From positions 992,001 through 1,056,000 of the forward strand of contig JAUPSS010000004.1 in NCBI GenBank assembly GCA_040285825.1: a stretch of 64,000 nt of DNA. Reading direction: 5' to 3'. The notes under the pieces are model-generated. The model had not been told where the DNA came from. It made no database searches and saw only the letters and a list, made by a program, of their open reading frames with translations. The position numbers were made by a program, and so were the translations under genes. Positions 1-12,247 of this stretch are shown here, piece after piece. Source of the stretch: Eukaryota sp. TZLM1-RC. Its lineage: Eukaryota > Protista > Metamonada: BaSk clade. The first letter of the stretch is position 1. Every line of letters starts with the position of its first letter.

Positions 1-250
1 TTTGTATAAGTTGAAATAAAAACATTGACCTGTTGTAAACAATATGAGTTAGTAAGTTTAACAATTTTAATTAACCATGTTTTGCTTTTTGAAAAACATT
101 TCGAAGTACCAGATCTCAATTTAAATTTAAGTGATCATTTGATATAGTTTCACTTCATTGGTTTTTATATGCTGGTTAATCATCATTTTTTATTTAACAA
201 TATTTGATTAAAACTGAAAATAAATAAATGTAACATAAAAAACCAAAATT

Positions 251-276
251 ATTTATTGAATAGACCACAGTACTTT
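251..276 (-). promoter_or_regulatory. Conserved 3'-UTR block with a putative poly(A) signal after Sel1 genes (also 11418, 25880, 40865, 49854, 57902)
   Basis: AAAGTACTGTGGTCTA[T/G]TCAATAAA is retained in paralogs whose C-termini and flanks diverge. Confidence 0.45.
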
Positions 277-289
277 AAAATCTTCTACT

Positions 290-1080
290 TCATGATCGTC
301 TGGCAAGCTGCCTTTTGCAATCTTCTATCCTATCAGCAGCATCTTCATCACCAGCGTTCTTGGCCTTTTCGTACCATTTGATAGCTTGGCGACCGTTTTT
401 AGGTACACCGTAACCGTCTTCATAACAAACACCTAAATTTAATATTCCGTACTTATTACCCAATTCAGCAGCTTTTTGGTAATAAAACACGGCTTGAGAA
501 TAGTCTTGTTCAACACCAAGGCCTTGGTTATAACAGTAACCTAAACTACACATGGTATTAGCATTACCAGCATCAGCACCTTTTTTGAACCAATAAAAAG
601 CTTGTTGATGGTCTTGATCAACACCTTGACCATCTCTATAACAAACACCTAAATTAAACATAGCAACGCTGATACCAGCTTCAGCTGCCTTGCTATACCA
701 ATAAAAGGCTTGTTGGTAATCCTTTTCTACCCCATGACCATTTTCATAACAACAACCTAAACTATTCATAGCACCAGCATGACCAGCATCAGCAGCTTTT
801 TTGAACCAATAAAAAGCTGTTGATGGTCTTGATCAACACCTTTGCCATCTATATAACAATTACCTAAATTAAACATAGCAACACTATAACCAGCTTCAGC
901 TGCCTTGCTATACCAATAAAAACCTTGTTGGTAATCCTTTTCTGCGCCAAGATCATGGTTATAACAATACCCTAAACTATTCATAGCACCAGCATGACCA
1001 ACATCAGCAGCTTTTTTGAACCAATAAAAAGCTTGTTGATGGTCTTGATCAACACCTTCGCCATCTCTATAACAAACACC
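290..1080 (-). pseudogene. Sel1-repeat gene, 3' part (about 7 repeats), frameshifted and 5'-fused to a retroelement fragment
   Basis: ORFs 290-769 and 766-984 carry 36-aa AMxxLGxCY..G.GV..D.QQAFYW..KAA.AG repeats. The frameshift falls in an A-run near 810. At 1080 the Sel1 sequence joins family C sequence. Confidence 0.85.
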
Positions 1081-1375
1081 TCTTTAATACACGATATTCC
1101 TGCAGTTTGTGCCATATTAACAACAGTGTCTCTAACAGCATCATGTAATGAAGAACGGTAATTTATCAATTTAGAGCAATTCAGAGCATGGCGCAAAGTG
1201 ATTGAGGTGAACTCGAACAAATACATTTTTCTTTTGATAATAATTGATTAATGGGGATATTCAAATATAATCTCATTTTTGTTACAAACGCTTCATTAGT
1301 GGTGAACATTTTACATCCCAGTAATTGAGACAGAACTTGTGCTTTGTTACAATTGGAAATTTTGGGTCTCTGTTG
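1081..1375 (-). mobile_element. Internal fragment of RLE non-LTR family C (CCHC finger and HDAVRD region)
   Basis: Translates as KMRLYLN...CICSSSPQ/LRHALNCSKLINYRSSLHDAVRD, homologous to the zinc finger/HD motif of families A and B. Confidence 0.75.
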
Positions 1376-1419
1376 AAATAAAAAAAATAAAACAATTAAA
1401 AACAAAAATATTTAATGAA

Positions 1420-1720
1420 CTAAAAAATGACTGAAATATGACAACGTTCTAATCTTGCGCTAGCAACTGGATGAGCAGCATTTTTAGACTTTTGGTTAGA
1501 ATTTAATAGCTTTGTGAAGGTCTTTAGGTACACCTTTACCAAATTCATAACAGAAACCTGTGTTGAGCAATCCATGTGTCCCAATTCGGCTGCTTTTTGG
1601 AACCATAAAACCGCCTGAGAAAAGTCCTGGTGAACACAGCTACAATTGTCATGATAAATGTCTAAATGATACATACAACAGGGTAACCAGCATCAGCAGC
1701 TTCATGGTACCAAATAAAAG
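1420..1720 (-). pseudogene. Degenerate Sel1 C-terminal remnant
   Basis: QDFSQAVLWFQKAAELGH and KNAAHPVASARLERC resemble the terminal repeats of the intact paralogs. Confidence 0.65.
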
Positions 1721-2343
1721 ACTGAAGGTATTGTTTTTTCCTGTACCACCTTAAACCTTTTGCATCATTTCTTTAGCGGTGCAGCCGCTACAAATCAGAT
1801 TTATTTGTTGCTCCTGCCCATTCACGAATCGGGTTAATACATCGATTCTAGAACAAAGATGAGATAATTGTTGAGTTTATTCTTGATTTCGTAATTTAAA
1901 TTCTTCGTTTGTCTGTTTTATACCAATGTTAACTTCGCAAAAAGTTTGCTATTTTTGATTCAAGGTTTAATTGTTTGGGTTTTTAAGCGCAAATGTGACA
2001 ATTTTGTTTTCTAATTGGATTGAATTAATTAACTGAAGGCAATTTCTTTAAATTTTTTCTTTGAAAAACTTTTGCTTTCTTACAACACTTCTACTGATTT
2101 CTTTGTGCGGTCGAAAGTTGCTGAAATCATCACCCGAAAGTCCAATAGCAAAAGGATTTGTTCTGAATGTATTGCATTGAGCACCTCCACCAAATAAAGA
2201 TGTAGTAAATTGAGTGTTTAAAGGGTTAAGAAAGGACAAATGTTGAGAAAACAAAATACCAAACATATTATTTTTTTACAAGTTAAAGGATAATTAATCT
2301 ATAATTAATTTATCTTATTTTGTCATTCTCTATAAAAGGAAAA

Positions 2344-2601
2344 TTAAAGAATGGAGGTAGGTAAACTTCCACTAAATGGATTTGTGTGACCAGTAGCGGT
2401 AGGACCAAAAGAGCTAACTTTGGTTTCAGCATCTAGAAGACCAAGTTGTCTTTTACAATCTTCTATCCCTTCAGCAGCTTTAGAAAAACCAGCATCTTTG
2501 GCCTTTTCGTACCATTTAATAGCTTGGTAAAGGTCTTTAGGTACACCACAACCGTGTTCATAGCAAGGACCTAAATTGATCATTCCAACCGCTTGACCCA
2601 A
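2344..2601 (-). pseudogene. Last Sel1 repeat plus low-complexity tail (remnant)
   Basis: GMINLGPCYEHGCGVPKDLYQAIKWYEKAKDAG; no upstream repeats. Confidence 0.65.
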
Positions 2602-2693
2602 GTTTTGAAAAACAAAACTTAAAGTATACAGTTCAATGTTGAAAATTCAATAAACCATTGCTGTAAGTGTAAGAGTTTCGTTATTTTTTTATT

Positions 2694-2770
2694 ATTAATT
2701 TTATTAAAAACCCATAAATCAACATCTAAATAATCCATCTCTCCCAAAACAAAAAGACTAGATGCAACTA
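2694..2770 (-). mobile_element. Extremely 5'-truncated family A 3' tail (also at about 5327-5400, 13867-13942, 16500-16573, 33337-33410)
   Basis: Reverse complement matches the family A terminus (AGTTGCATCTAGT...GGAGAGATGGAT...GATGTTGATTTAT, then AATAAAATT and an A-rich tail). Confidence 0.8.
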
Positions 2771-3216
2771 GTATCGTTATTGATACGATTAACTGAGACT
2801 GATAAGAAGTTCCTAGTTTCGTAATGTCAAAGGTCAGGTTCTCTATTATGTTGGGGAAGATTCAACAAGTGTGGTTCAATACATAGATCATTTGTTCGTA
2901 AAAATATAACAAACTCGAAAGTGAAAATGATTTGTCTTGAAGGTGAAAATACGCTCTTCTACAATCAAATCATCATTAATTAATTTGCTCTTGTAGTTTT
3001 TGTAAGAATTCAAATGTATTGACACTGATATGGAAAAAGAACATTGTAGTATTTCCCTTTGGAGGGTTTGTCAATGTTGGAGCAATCAGATAACCAAAAA
3101 GGCTTGTCAATAGGAAAATGTCACACAAGTTGAATAACACCCGATGTATTCAATCGTTTTTCAAATAACCCTTTGTGTAGCATTTTATTGGTAACAATTT
3201 GGAAAAACTAAACCCT

Positions 3217-4389
3217 TCATAACCAAACATATTGATCTGACAATTCTTTCCTACAACTTTCTATCCTTTTAGCAGCTTTTGGATGACCAACATCTTTGGC
3301 CTTGTCGTACCATTCAATAGCTTGGTGAAGGGCTTTAGGTACACCGTAACCGTGTTCATAACATTTACCTAAATTGAACATTCCATACTCATGGCCCAAT
3401 TCAGCAGCTTTTTGGTAATAAAACACTGCTTGAGAATAGTCTTGTTTAACAAAACGAGCAAGGCGAAAACATTGACCTAAATTATTCATAGCACCAGCAT
3501 GACCAGCATCAGCACCTTTTTTGAAACAATAAAAAGCTTGTTGATGGTCTTGGTCAACACCTTCGCCATCTCTATAACAACATCCTAAATTAAACATAGC
3601 TCTACTATTACCAGCTTCAGCTGCTTTGATATACCAATGAAAGGCTTGTTGGTAATTCTTTTCGACACCAAGGCCATGGTCATAACAATAACCTAAATTA
3701 ATCATAGCTGATGAATTACCAGCTTCAGCAGCTCTTCTCGACCAATAAACTGCTTCTTGGTAGTGTTTATCATTGTAAAATTGTTTTGCTTTTTCAAACA
3801 TTTGTTGAGGCGTATCACCATCACTTGACTCAACTTCTAAATTTTCAAACCCACTCTTCAAATTTTGGTCACGATCACTACCTTCTTGATCCTCATTAGA
3901 AGATCTATCATCAGCTAATTTTTGGTTGGGATTACCGAAATTCTGATTGTTTGTAATATTATTATGGTAAACTTGAATTGAATTAATTTGTTCTTTTAAT
4001 CCCTTTTCTTTTTGAGAAAGTTCGTCTATTTTGGAATTTGAATCGTCAATTTCTATTCTCAAATCATTGATTAATTGATCTCTATTATTGATTTCTTGAT
4101 CCTTTTCGACCAACGTTTGGCTTAATTCTTGATTTCTAGAGACAAGATTAAAGTTCTGAAGTGTAAATTCTTGGTTTAATTCATCAGAATTAGATTGAGC
4201 CTGGTGTAAACTTTGATTTTCTTGAGTTAATTCTTGCATTGTCTGATTTAAATCAATATTTGATTTTCGGAAAATTTCATTTTCTAGGCTCAAATCCTCA
4301 ATAATTTGGTCTTTTTCAGCACAATTCTGACAATTTTGCCTTACATTGGGACTAAATTCATTTATCAAAGGCAAATCATTATAAATCAT
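3217..4389 (-). CDS. Kinase-less coiled-coil + Sel1-repeat protein (4 full repeats plus cap)
   Basis: Uninterrupted 390-aa ORF; collinear with the post-kinase part of 33857-36465. Confidence 0.75.
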   Translation of the reverse strand: MIYNDLPLINEFSPNVRQNCQNCAEKDQIIEDLSLENEIFRKSNIDLNQTMQELTQENQSLHQAQSNSDELNQEFTLQNFNLVSRNQELSQTLVEKDQEINNRDQLINDLRIEIDDSNSKIDELSQKEKGLKEQINSIQVYHNNITNNQNFGNPNQKLADDRSSNEDQEGSDRDQNLKSGFENLEVESSDGDTPQQMFEKAKQFYNDKHYQEAVYWSRRAAEAGNSSAMINLGYCYDHGLGVEKNYQQAFHWYIKAAEAGNSRAMFNLGCCYRDGEGVDQDHQQAFYCFKKGADAGHAGAMNNLGQCFRLARFVKQDYSQAVFYYQKAAELGHEYGMFNLGKCYEHGYGVPKALHQAIEWYDKAKDVGHPKAAKRIESCRKELSDQYVWL

Positions 4390-4423
4390 TGCAAATCATT
4401 GTACCACGAAGATTTGGATTGTG

Positions 4424-5190
4424 TGCCACTAATGAAGCATTTGTAACAAAAATGAGATTATATTTGAACATCCTCATTAACCAATTATTATCAAAAGAAA
4501 ATTGTATTTGTTCGAATTCACCTCAACTCACTTTGCGCCATGCTCTAAATTGATAACTTATCGTTCCTCATTACATGATGCTGTTAGAGACACTGTTTTC
4601 AATATGGCACAAACTGCAAGGATATCGTGCATCAAAGAGCCCCTGCTAAAGGAAACACTATCTCTGAATAATTTTGGTTCTGATGATAGAGAAGATGTAT
4701 ACTGTGATTGGATTGATAATTCTGAAGCTATTGTTGACTTTGTCTCATGCTATGTTGCAAACGATACTTTGGTTCACAGAAGAAAACTTAATCCTGTGGC
4801 TGCTCTGGATTTTAAAGCAAAAGAAAAACTTAGAAAATATGATAAAGAAATTGAAGATGCAAATGTCGATAGAAATACACAGCTGGTTTTTATTGCTTTC
4901 CCATTTTCGATAAATGGAAGATTATCAGTTGAAGCAGAAACTTTTTTGGATGACTTCCAAAAAATGGTGAAAGAAAAAACAATGAAAAGATTTGTTATTC
5001 TTTATGGCACTTTCGGATTCAATTTGCCATTATTAATAGCTTACCTCGGTTTTTCAATCGAATTAGAGAAGCTTTAGCTGTACAGCAAGCAGATCAAGAT
5101 TATGTAGAGAAAATCTTGGTTCAATGATAGTCGTCACATTAGTTATGATTTAATTTAATCAAGTGTGCAAATTCAATAAATAAATAATTA
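4424..5190 (+). mobile_element. 5'-truncated RLE non-LTR family C (CCHC, RLE, 3' end)
   Basis: CIC...H.LNC finger (10-bp deletion relative to the 1081-1375 copy), HDAVRD, DREDV...VDF, KEKLRKY; AATAAA-rich end. Confidence 0.75.
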
Positions 5191-5224
5191 TAACGTTACA
5201 AGATACTGAATTAACCCAGGATAC

Positions 5225-5323
5225 CGATTGAAAAACCGAGGTAATCTATGAATAATGGCAAATTGAATCCGAGAGCACCATAAAACAATATCAAATCTTT
5301 TCATTGTTTTTTGTTTACCCATT
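5225..5323 (-). repeat. Inverted family C fragment forming an imperfect inverted repeat with 4963-5060
   Basis: Direct reverse-complement comparison of the two arms. Confidence 0.8.
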
Positions 5324-5847
5324 GTTTAATTTTATTAAAAACCCATAAATCAACATCTAAATAATCCATCTCTCCCAAAACAAAAAGACTAGATGCAACT
5401 AGTATCGTTATTGATACGATTAACTGAGACTGATAAGAAGTTCCTAGTTTCGTAATGTCAAAGGTCAGGTTCTCTATTATGTTGGGGAAGATTCAACAAG
5501 TGTGGTTCAATACATAGATCATTTGTTCGTAAAAATATAACAAACTCGAAAGTGAAAATGATTTGTCTTGAAGGTGAAAATACGCTGTTCTACAATCAAA
5601 TCATCATTAATTAATTTGCTCTTGTAGTTTTTGTAAGAATTCAAATGTATTGACACTGATATGGAAAAAGAACATTGTAGTATTTCCCTTTGGAGGGTTT
5701 GTCACTGTTGGATCAATCAGATAACCAAAAAGGCTTGTCAATAGGAAAATGTCACACAAGTTGAATAACACCCGATGTATTCAATCGTTTTTCAAATAAC
5801 CCTTTGTGTAGCATTTTATTGGTAACAATTTGGAAAAACTAAACCCT

Positions 5848-6909
5848 TCATAACCAAACATATTGATCTGACAATTCTTTCCTACAACTTTCTATCCTTT
5901 TAGCAGCTTTTGGATGACCAACATCTTTGGCCTTGTCGTACCATTCAATAGCTTGGTGAAGGGCTTTAGGTAAACCGTAACCGTGTTCATAACATTTACC
6001 TAAATTGTATATTCCATACTCATTACCCAATTCAGCAGCTTTTTGGTAATAAAACACTGCTTGAGAATAGTCTTGTTTAACAAAACGAGCAAGGCGAAAA
6101 CATTGACCTAAATTATTCATAGCACCAGCATGACCAGCATCAGCACCTTTTTTGAACCAATAAAAAGCTTGTTGATGGTCTTGGTCAACACCTTTGCCAT
6201 CTCTATAACAACAACCTAATTCAACCATAGCACAAGCATTACCAGCATCAGCACCTTTTTTGAACCAATAAAAAGGTTGTTGATGGTCTTGATCAACACC
6301 TTTGCCATCTCTATAACAACAGCCTAATTCAACCAAAGCAAAATCATTACTAGCATCAGCACCTTTTTTGAACCAACGAAAAGCTTCTTGATGGTCTTGA
6401 CCGACACCTTTGCCATCTCTATAACAACAACCTAATTCAACCATAGCAAAATCATTACTAGCATCAGCACCTTTTTTGAACCAATGAAAAGCTTCTTGAT
6501 GGTCTTGACCGACACCTTTGCCATCTCTATAACAACAACCTAATTCAACCATAGCAAAATCATTACTAGCATCAGCACCTTTTTTGAACCAATGAAAAGC
6601 TTCTTGATGGTCTTGACCGACACCTTTGCCATCTCTATAACAACAGCCTAATTCAACCATAGCATAAGCATTACCAGCATCAGCACCTTTTTTGCACCAA
6701 TAAACAGCTTGTTGATGGTCTTGATCAACACCTTTGCCATCTCTATAACAACAGCCTAAATTACACATAGCATAAGCATTACCAGCATCAGCACCTTTTT
6801 TGAACCAATAAAAAGCTTGTTGATGGTCTTGATCAACACCTTTGCCATCTCTATAACAACAGCCTAATTCAACCATAGCATAAGCATTACCAGCATCAGC
6901 ACCTTTTTT
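5848..6909 (-). pseudogene. Sel1-repeat gene, part downstream of the family A insertion (9 repeats)
   Basis: ORF 5848-6948; the upstream part resumes at 10375-10495. Confidence 0.85.
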
Positions 6910-9900
6910 TAGTAACAACAATTTTATTCTAAACCTATAAATCAACATCTAAAAAATCCATCTCTCCTAAAACAAAAACACTAGATGCAACTCTCTCATA
7001 GTGAGATCCAAGAGAAGGCAAAGCATCAGAAACCATCTTCAACATCCCCTTAAATATAGAAAACACAATTCTATTTTGCCAAAACAATCTGTTGAAATTT
7101 CTGCCAGTTCTTCTCTTTACAATCATTTCAAAATCATCCAAAAAACGTAAAGCAGTTGGTGCAAGTGGACCAAAAAGGGAAAATACAAATGGATACAAAT
7201 TGTATTTTGCATGCTGTAGACTGGCCAATTTGGACAAAGGTTCATGGTATTTTTTGAATTTAAAATTTTCAGCATTTGAAAGGGGATTATGAATTTCAGA
7301 ATTAACAAGCCTTTCATTTGAGGCATTACAAGGATCAACAGACATTACATCTAATAAAATGAAGCTTCCATCTAATCCAGGTATTATAACATCACCTCTA
7401 TTATTCTTATGAAAATCATCTTCAGCATCAAACAGATTTGACAACAGAGGTTCCAAGAAGGATTCAATTCTATGAGATTTACACATACAATATAACTGGT
7501 CTCTTACAGCATCATGAACCTTGCTTCTAAAAAGTAATAAAATGTTTACAATTTAACAAATGAGTAGTTGCAATTTCTCGAGAACATTTACAAATTAAAT
7601 TATGAGGTAAATTATCAGGCCAGATAAAGGAACGAAATCTCATATTCAGAGTCCAAGCAGAATCGGATAAGAGAGTACCATAAACTTGTGGAATTGTTGT
7701 TACTAAGGCAGAAGAAGTACTGTCACACATATCTTGTAAAAAGATTTGCAAAAGCGGGATTCTTTTTCTTGGCCAAGCCAAGTCTAACATCAAAATCCAA
7801 GCTTTCAAAAATCTTTGACAATTTTTGTTGAAGCTTTTTACAGCAAAACTGTAAATTAAATAGAGATCGGTTTGGAATTTCTTGAATTGATTGAGGAAAA
7901 CATTTGGTCCAAATTTGTGGCGGTAATTTTTCAAGTTCACAAGATAACTCATACAAATAGGGACTACAATTGGGGACTAACAGATGAGAATCATCAGGAA
8001 ATCTACGAGAAAATTCATAAATAAAATTTTTGCCACCACCCAAGAATGCTGATTGACACAAAATTGAAGATTTAGTAAAACCAATACCACCCAAATTTGC
8101 TGAAGAAAATAAATGGCTTTTCAACATTCCTGGTTCTACATCCAATAAATCAGCAAAAAATTCTGTTCTCAATGAATTAAAAGAACGACAAAAATCTAAT
8201 GCTATGGAAGGAGCACAAGATCTCAAAATGTGGGTTATTTTCCCAGTGTAGCAAATTTTAAGCATGAAAAATTTAATATGCTTTTCTATATCTAAAGAAG
8301 AAATTGAATCAAGTTCAATTTTAATTTTTTCCAAAATAACTTGCAATTCATTCTGAATTTGAGGCACATTTCCTAACCAACAACCAAGGAACTTAAAAGC
8401 ATCACTACTATCGTTAGTAAAAGGGACAATAGAATCGTTTATCACGAGGTCTTGAGCAGAAGAGCCAATCAGAAGGCATTTGCTGGCATTAAGATGAAGC
8501 CCAATATTTTCATATGATTCGGCAATTTCTTGAGCAACCAATTCTAGTAAATCAAATGAACCAATCAAGGATATATCATCCATATAAGCAACTATTTTTA
8601 TAGAAGGGTATTTTTGCTTAATGATATTTAAAGTTTTGTGAATAGCTAAACAAAACAATAATGGGCCTAAAGGATCTCCCTGCTTCACTCCAGAAGATGA
8701 TTTAAGACCAAATGAATTAAAAATTAAATCTGATTCTTTCCCATAAAAATGGTAGAAAAAACTCGATAGCTCAGGAAAATCAGATTTAATAACTTCAAAA
8801 ATTGCTTCTCGCTTTACAGAATTAAAAGCATTTTTAAAGTCGAGATTAAAAATAAAATTATTTTCCTCTGCATTAAAAAAGGTATCAGAGGCAATAGCAG
8901 CAACAGAAGCACCATCAATTGTTTTTGATTCTAAATTGATGAGGATTCAAAAATGTAGAAGCTTTGTCTTTGACACGATCGAAGACAATTGATGCCAGCT
9001 AACGAGATAGAGATTCACCAACAGCAATTGGTCGTATTCCATCAGGATTGATTCCGTTTCCAGGCTTTACTAAAGCAATCAGACGTGCTGCGAGTAATTC
9101 AAATGGAGGATTATTTTTCAAAACAATCAATTGTTGAAAATAGTGGGCTAGATCATCAGCAATTTCGGGAGCACTGGAACACGCTATTTTTAACAGATCA
9201 AAAGAAATTCCAGATGGGCCTGCTGCTTTCCCCTTTGGCAATTTTTGAATAGCTTTAAGAACTTCAATTGCAGTAATAGGATTGTCAATCCAAAAGGACA
9301 CACTTCAGGCTTGCTGCACTTGAAATTTTCTTGAGGATGCAACTTTTGAAGTTTTTCAAGGGTATCAGAGTTTGCATCAGCCAAAGAAGAGGAAAACAAA
9401 GACTGCTTTGCGGCACCATAACGACCACGTAAGCACAATTTACGGCAAATTTTTGATTTTACAATTTTTCTATTTCCAAATTTTTTTCTTAAAACAATTT
9501 TTGTTTTTTCTAGCAAAATATTTCCAGAAGGATGAAATATTCCACTTATTATTTTTCAATTCAGAAGTAAAATTTCTCATTTCCATTGAGAAGGGGATTG
9601 TGCTTGCGGGACTTATTTCTACTGGAATCCGGATCGGGGGTCTTACGGTATCAACGGCTTTACAATTCGTACAAAACAGAAGTTTTCGACCATTTCGTGA
9701 ATCTGCAACATCTTTTTTGCAAAATGGACAACAAAAATTACTGTTTTCAGAACGGGAAGAAGAGGGAACACTAGAAGCATTTAACTGTTGATCGTCAGAA
9801 ACATTATTTTCAGCACCTTTCACAACGGCAACAGCTGGAACAGAACATTTGAAAATTTGTTGAGCAGATTTTAATTCAAATTCTCTTTTTTGTTTCTCAG

Positions 9901-10374
9901 GGCACGTTCTCGAATTATGACCACTGATACCACAAATCGAACATTTTTTAGAACCTTTTAATGGCAGTGGTTTCATTTTTTCAGTTCTTTCAATTTTGTC
10001 AAAAGTAGAAATAGACTTTTGACTTTTTGCAGTTTCAGCTGGAGAAAACAAATTTCGAGAAACGGAGTTGTTAATAGAACGCGCAACAGAACGCAAGGAA
10101 CGTAATGGTGGTTTTTCTGTGTTTTTCTGGTACAATGATCAGTTTTTGAATGAAAATTTTTTTGAGATGAATTTCGAGCATAGCTTGTATTGTGGGGAGA
10201 GTGGGGAGGTGGAGTGGATGAGCTTGATCTGACTGGTAGAATCTTTGCTTGGGCGTTCCAATCAGTATCAGAGTCACTATCAGCCAAAGGCATCGTTTTG
10301 ACAGAGAAACAGTACGACTTTGACGCCTTGACAGAAAGTGAAATATGAAAGGGTTGACTAAGGGAGGGAGAAAA
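6910..10374 (-). mobile_element. Full-length CRE-like non-LTR retrotransposon, family A (about 3.46 kb), 12-bp TSD
   Basis: Zinc knuckle CSICGISGHNSRTC; CPFC/CTNC; RT motifs RPIAVGE, LDFKNAFNSV, QGDPLGP, YMDD; CCHC and RLE. TSD agcacctttttt at 6898-6909 and 10375-10386. In-frame TAG at 8999-9001. Confidence 0.95.
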
Positions 10375-10495
10375 AGCACCTTTTTTGAACCAATAAAATG
10401 CTTGTTGATGGTCTAGATCGACACCATGACCATCTCTATAACAACAACCTAAACTTAACATACCTACTCTATTACCAGCTTCAGCAGCTCTACTT
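10375..10495 (-). pseudogene. Single Sel1 repeat upstream of the element A insertion
   Basis: RAAEAGNRVGMLSLGCCYRDGHGVDLDHQQAFYWFKKGA. Confidence 0.8.
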
Positions 10496-10579
10496 CAACA
10501 TTGTATAATTATCATTTATTATTGGTAGAATCTCAATACCACAACTTGAATGATTATTTTTAAAACCATCAGTTGTTTA

Positions 10580-10760
10580 TGAAATTGTTGAAATTTACCA
10601 TCACTTCGAAATCAAGTGACAATTTTAAAACATCCTTATGATGAATGAAACAATTCATTATAGAAATTGCTGGTGAATGTGGTGGTGCATAATTTCCATG
10701 TAATTCATTTTCAATAATTTGTCGAAATTTTCGCCCTCCTTGACCAACTGAATGATGATT
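10580..10760. repeat. Unassigned dispersed repeat (also at about 25007-25187, 48983-49160; diverged copy at 40045-40225)
   Basis: Nucleotide similarity between copies. The minus frame reads NHHSVGQGGRKFRQIIENELHGNYAPPHSPAISI; I do not recognise the family. Confidence 0.6.
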
Positions 10761-10817
10761 AAAACCCTGACTAACTACACCGTTTACTTTGAATAATTTT
10801 CATTATTCTCTTTGTTT

Positions 10818-11042
10818 GGAAGTTCTGCTCCATCGAAAGCAACTTGAAAACTAACGGGGATGAAATCTGGTAGGGAACATTGGCAACACAAACATCAAAA
10901 AGAGGAGATCTACCTTGAGAAAGTCGCTGGAAATGATCTGAACACGACTTCTGGCTCTCGTGTCTGCTTGGAATTGCTTGGTTAATTCTACAACCATGCG
11001 AGGGTCATATTCTACCGCAATAACTTTCTTTGCTACGTCTAA
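10818..11042 (-). pseudogene. DIM1: Fragment of 18S rRNA dimethyladenosine transferase (Dim1/KsgA family)
   Basis: Manual translation LDVAKKVIAVEYDPRMVVELTKQFQ...IISSDFLKVDL/PLFDVCVANVPYQISSPLVFKLL (one 1-nt frameshift) matches Dim1 motifs II-IV, including NxPY. Confidence 0.85.
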
Positions 11043-11456
11043 GACTATTTATGCAAGTAAATCCAAGAACGGAAAATTAATTTAATTATTTTCTATTTAC
11101 ATTTATAATGTTCAACTTGCGATATTTCGATGGAGCCAACAACAAATATACCAAATATGTTTAATTTGAATAAAAAGTTGAAATAAAAACATTGACCCGT
11201 TGTAAACAATATGAGTTAGTAAGCTTAACAATTTTAATTAACCATGTTTTGCTTTTTGAAAAACATTTCGAAGTACCAGATCTCAATTTAAATTTAAGTG
11301 ATCATTTGATATAGTTTCACTTCATTGGTTTTTATATGCTGGTTAATCATCATTTTTTATTTAACAATATTTGATTAAAACTGAAAATAAATAAATGTAA
11401 CATAAAAAACCAAAATTATTTATTGAATAGACCACAGTACTTTAAAATCTTCTACT

Positions 11457-12247
11457 TCATGATCGTCTGGCAAGCTGCCTTTTGCAATCTTCTATCCTAT
11501 CAGCAGCATCTTCATCACCAGCGTTCTTGGCCTTTTCGTACCATTTGATAGCTTGGCGACCGTTTTTAGGTACACCGTAACCGTCTTCATAACAAACACC
11601 TAAATTGAATATTCCGTACTTATTACCCAATTCAGCAGCTTTTTGGTAATAAAACACTGCTTGAGAATAGTCTTGTTCAACACCAAGGCCTTGGTTATAA
11701 CAGTAACCTAAACTACACATGGTATTAGCATTACCAGCATCAGCACCTTTTTTGAACCAATAAAAAGCTTGTTGATGGTCTTGATCAACACCTTGACCAT
11801 CTCTATAACAAACACCTAAATTAAACATAGCAACGCTGATACCAGCTTCAGCTGCCTTGCTATACCAATAAAAGGCTTGTTGGTAATCCTTTTCTACCCC
11901 ATGACCATTTTCATAACAACAACCTAAACTATTCATAGCACCAGCATGACCAGCATCAGCAGCTTTTTTGAACCAATAAAAAGCTGTTGATGGTCTTGAT
12001 CAACACCTTTGCCATCTATATAACAATTACCTAAATTAAACATAGCAACACTAAAACCAGCTTCAGCTGCCTTGCTATACCAATAAAAACCTTGTTGGTA
12101 ATCCTTTTCTGCGCCAAGATCATGGTTATAACAATACCCTAAACTATTCATAGCACCAGCATGACCAACATCAGCAGCTTTTTTGAACCAATAAAAAGCT
12201 TGTTGATGGTCTTGATCAACACCTTCGCCATCTCTATAACAAACACC
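11457..12247 (-). pseudogene. Duplicate of the 290-1080 Sel1 gene fragment
   Basis: Near-identical ORFs 11457-11936 and 11933-12151. Confidence 0.85.

Noticed and set aside
1774-1790. TAGCGG-TGCAG-CCGCTA hairpin as a terminator or Helitron end
   Set aside because: Only a 6-bp stem, with no CTRR terminus or U-tract at the expected spacing.
8999-9001. TAG read-through or an alternative genetic code
   Set aside because: Other A copies have TTT or TTG here, and TAG ends the A and B ORFs normally.
7092-9791. Short antisense or alternate-frame ORFs over the retroelements and Sel1 genes
   Set aside because: Shadow ORFs with no motifs; they recur only because the DNA is duplicated.
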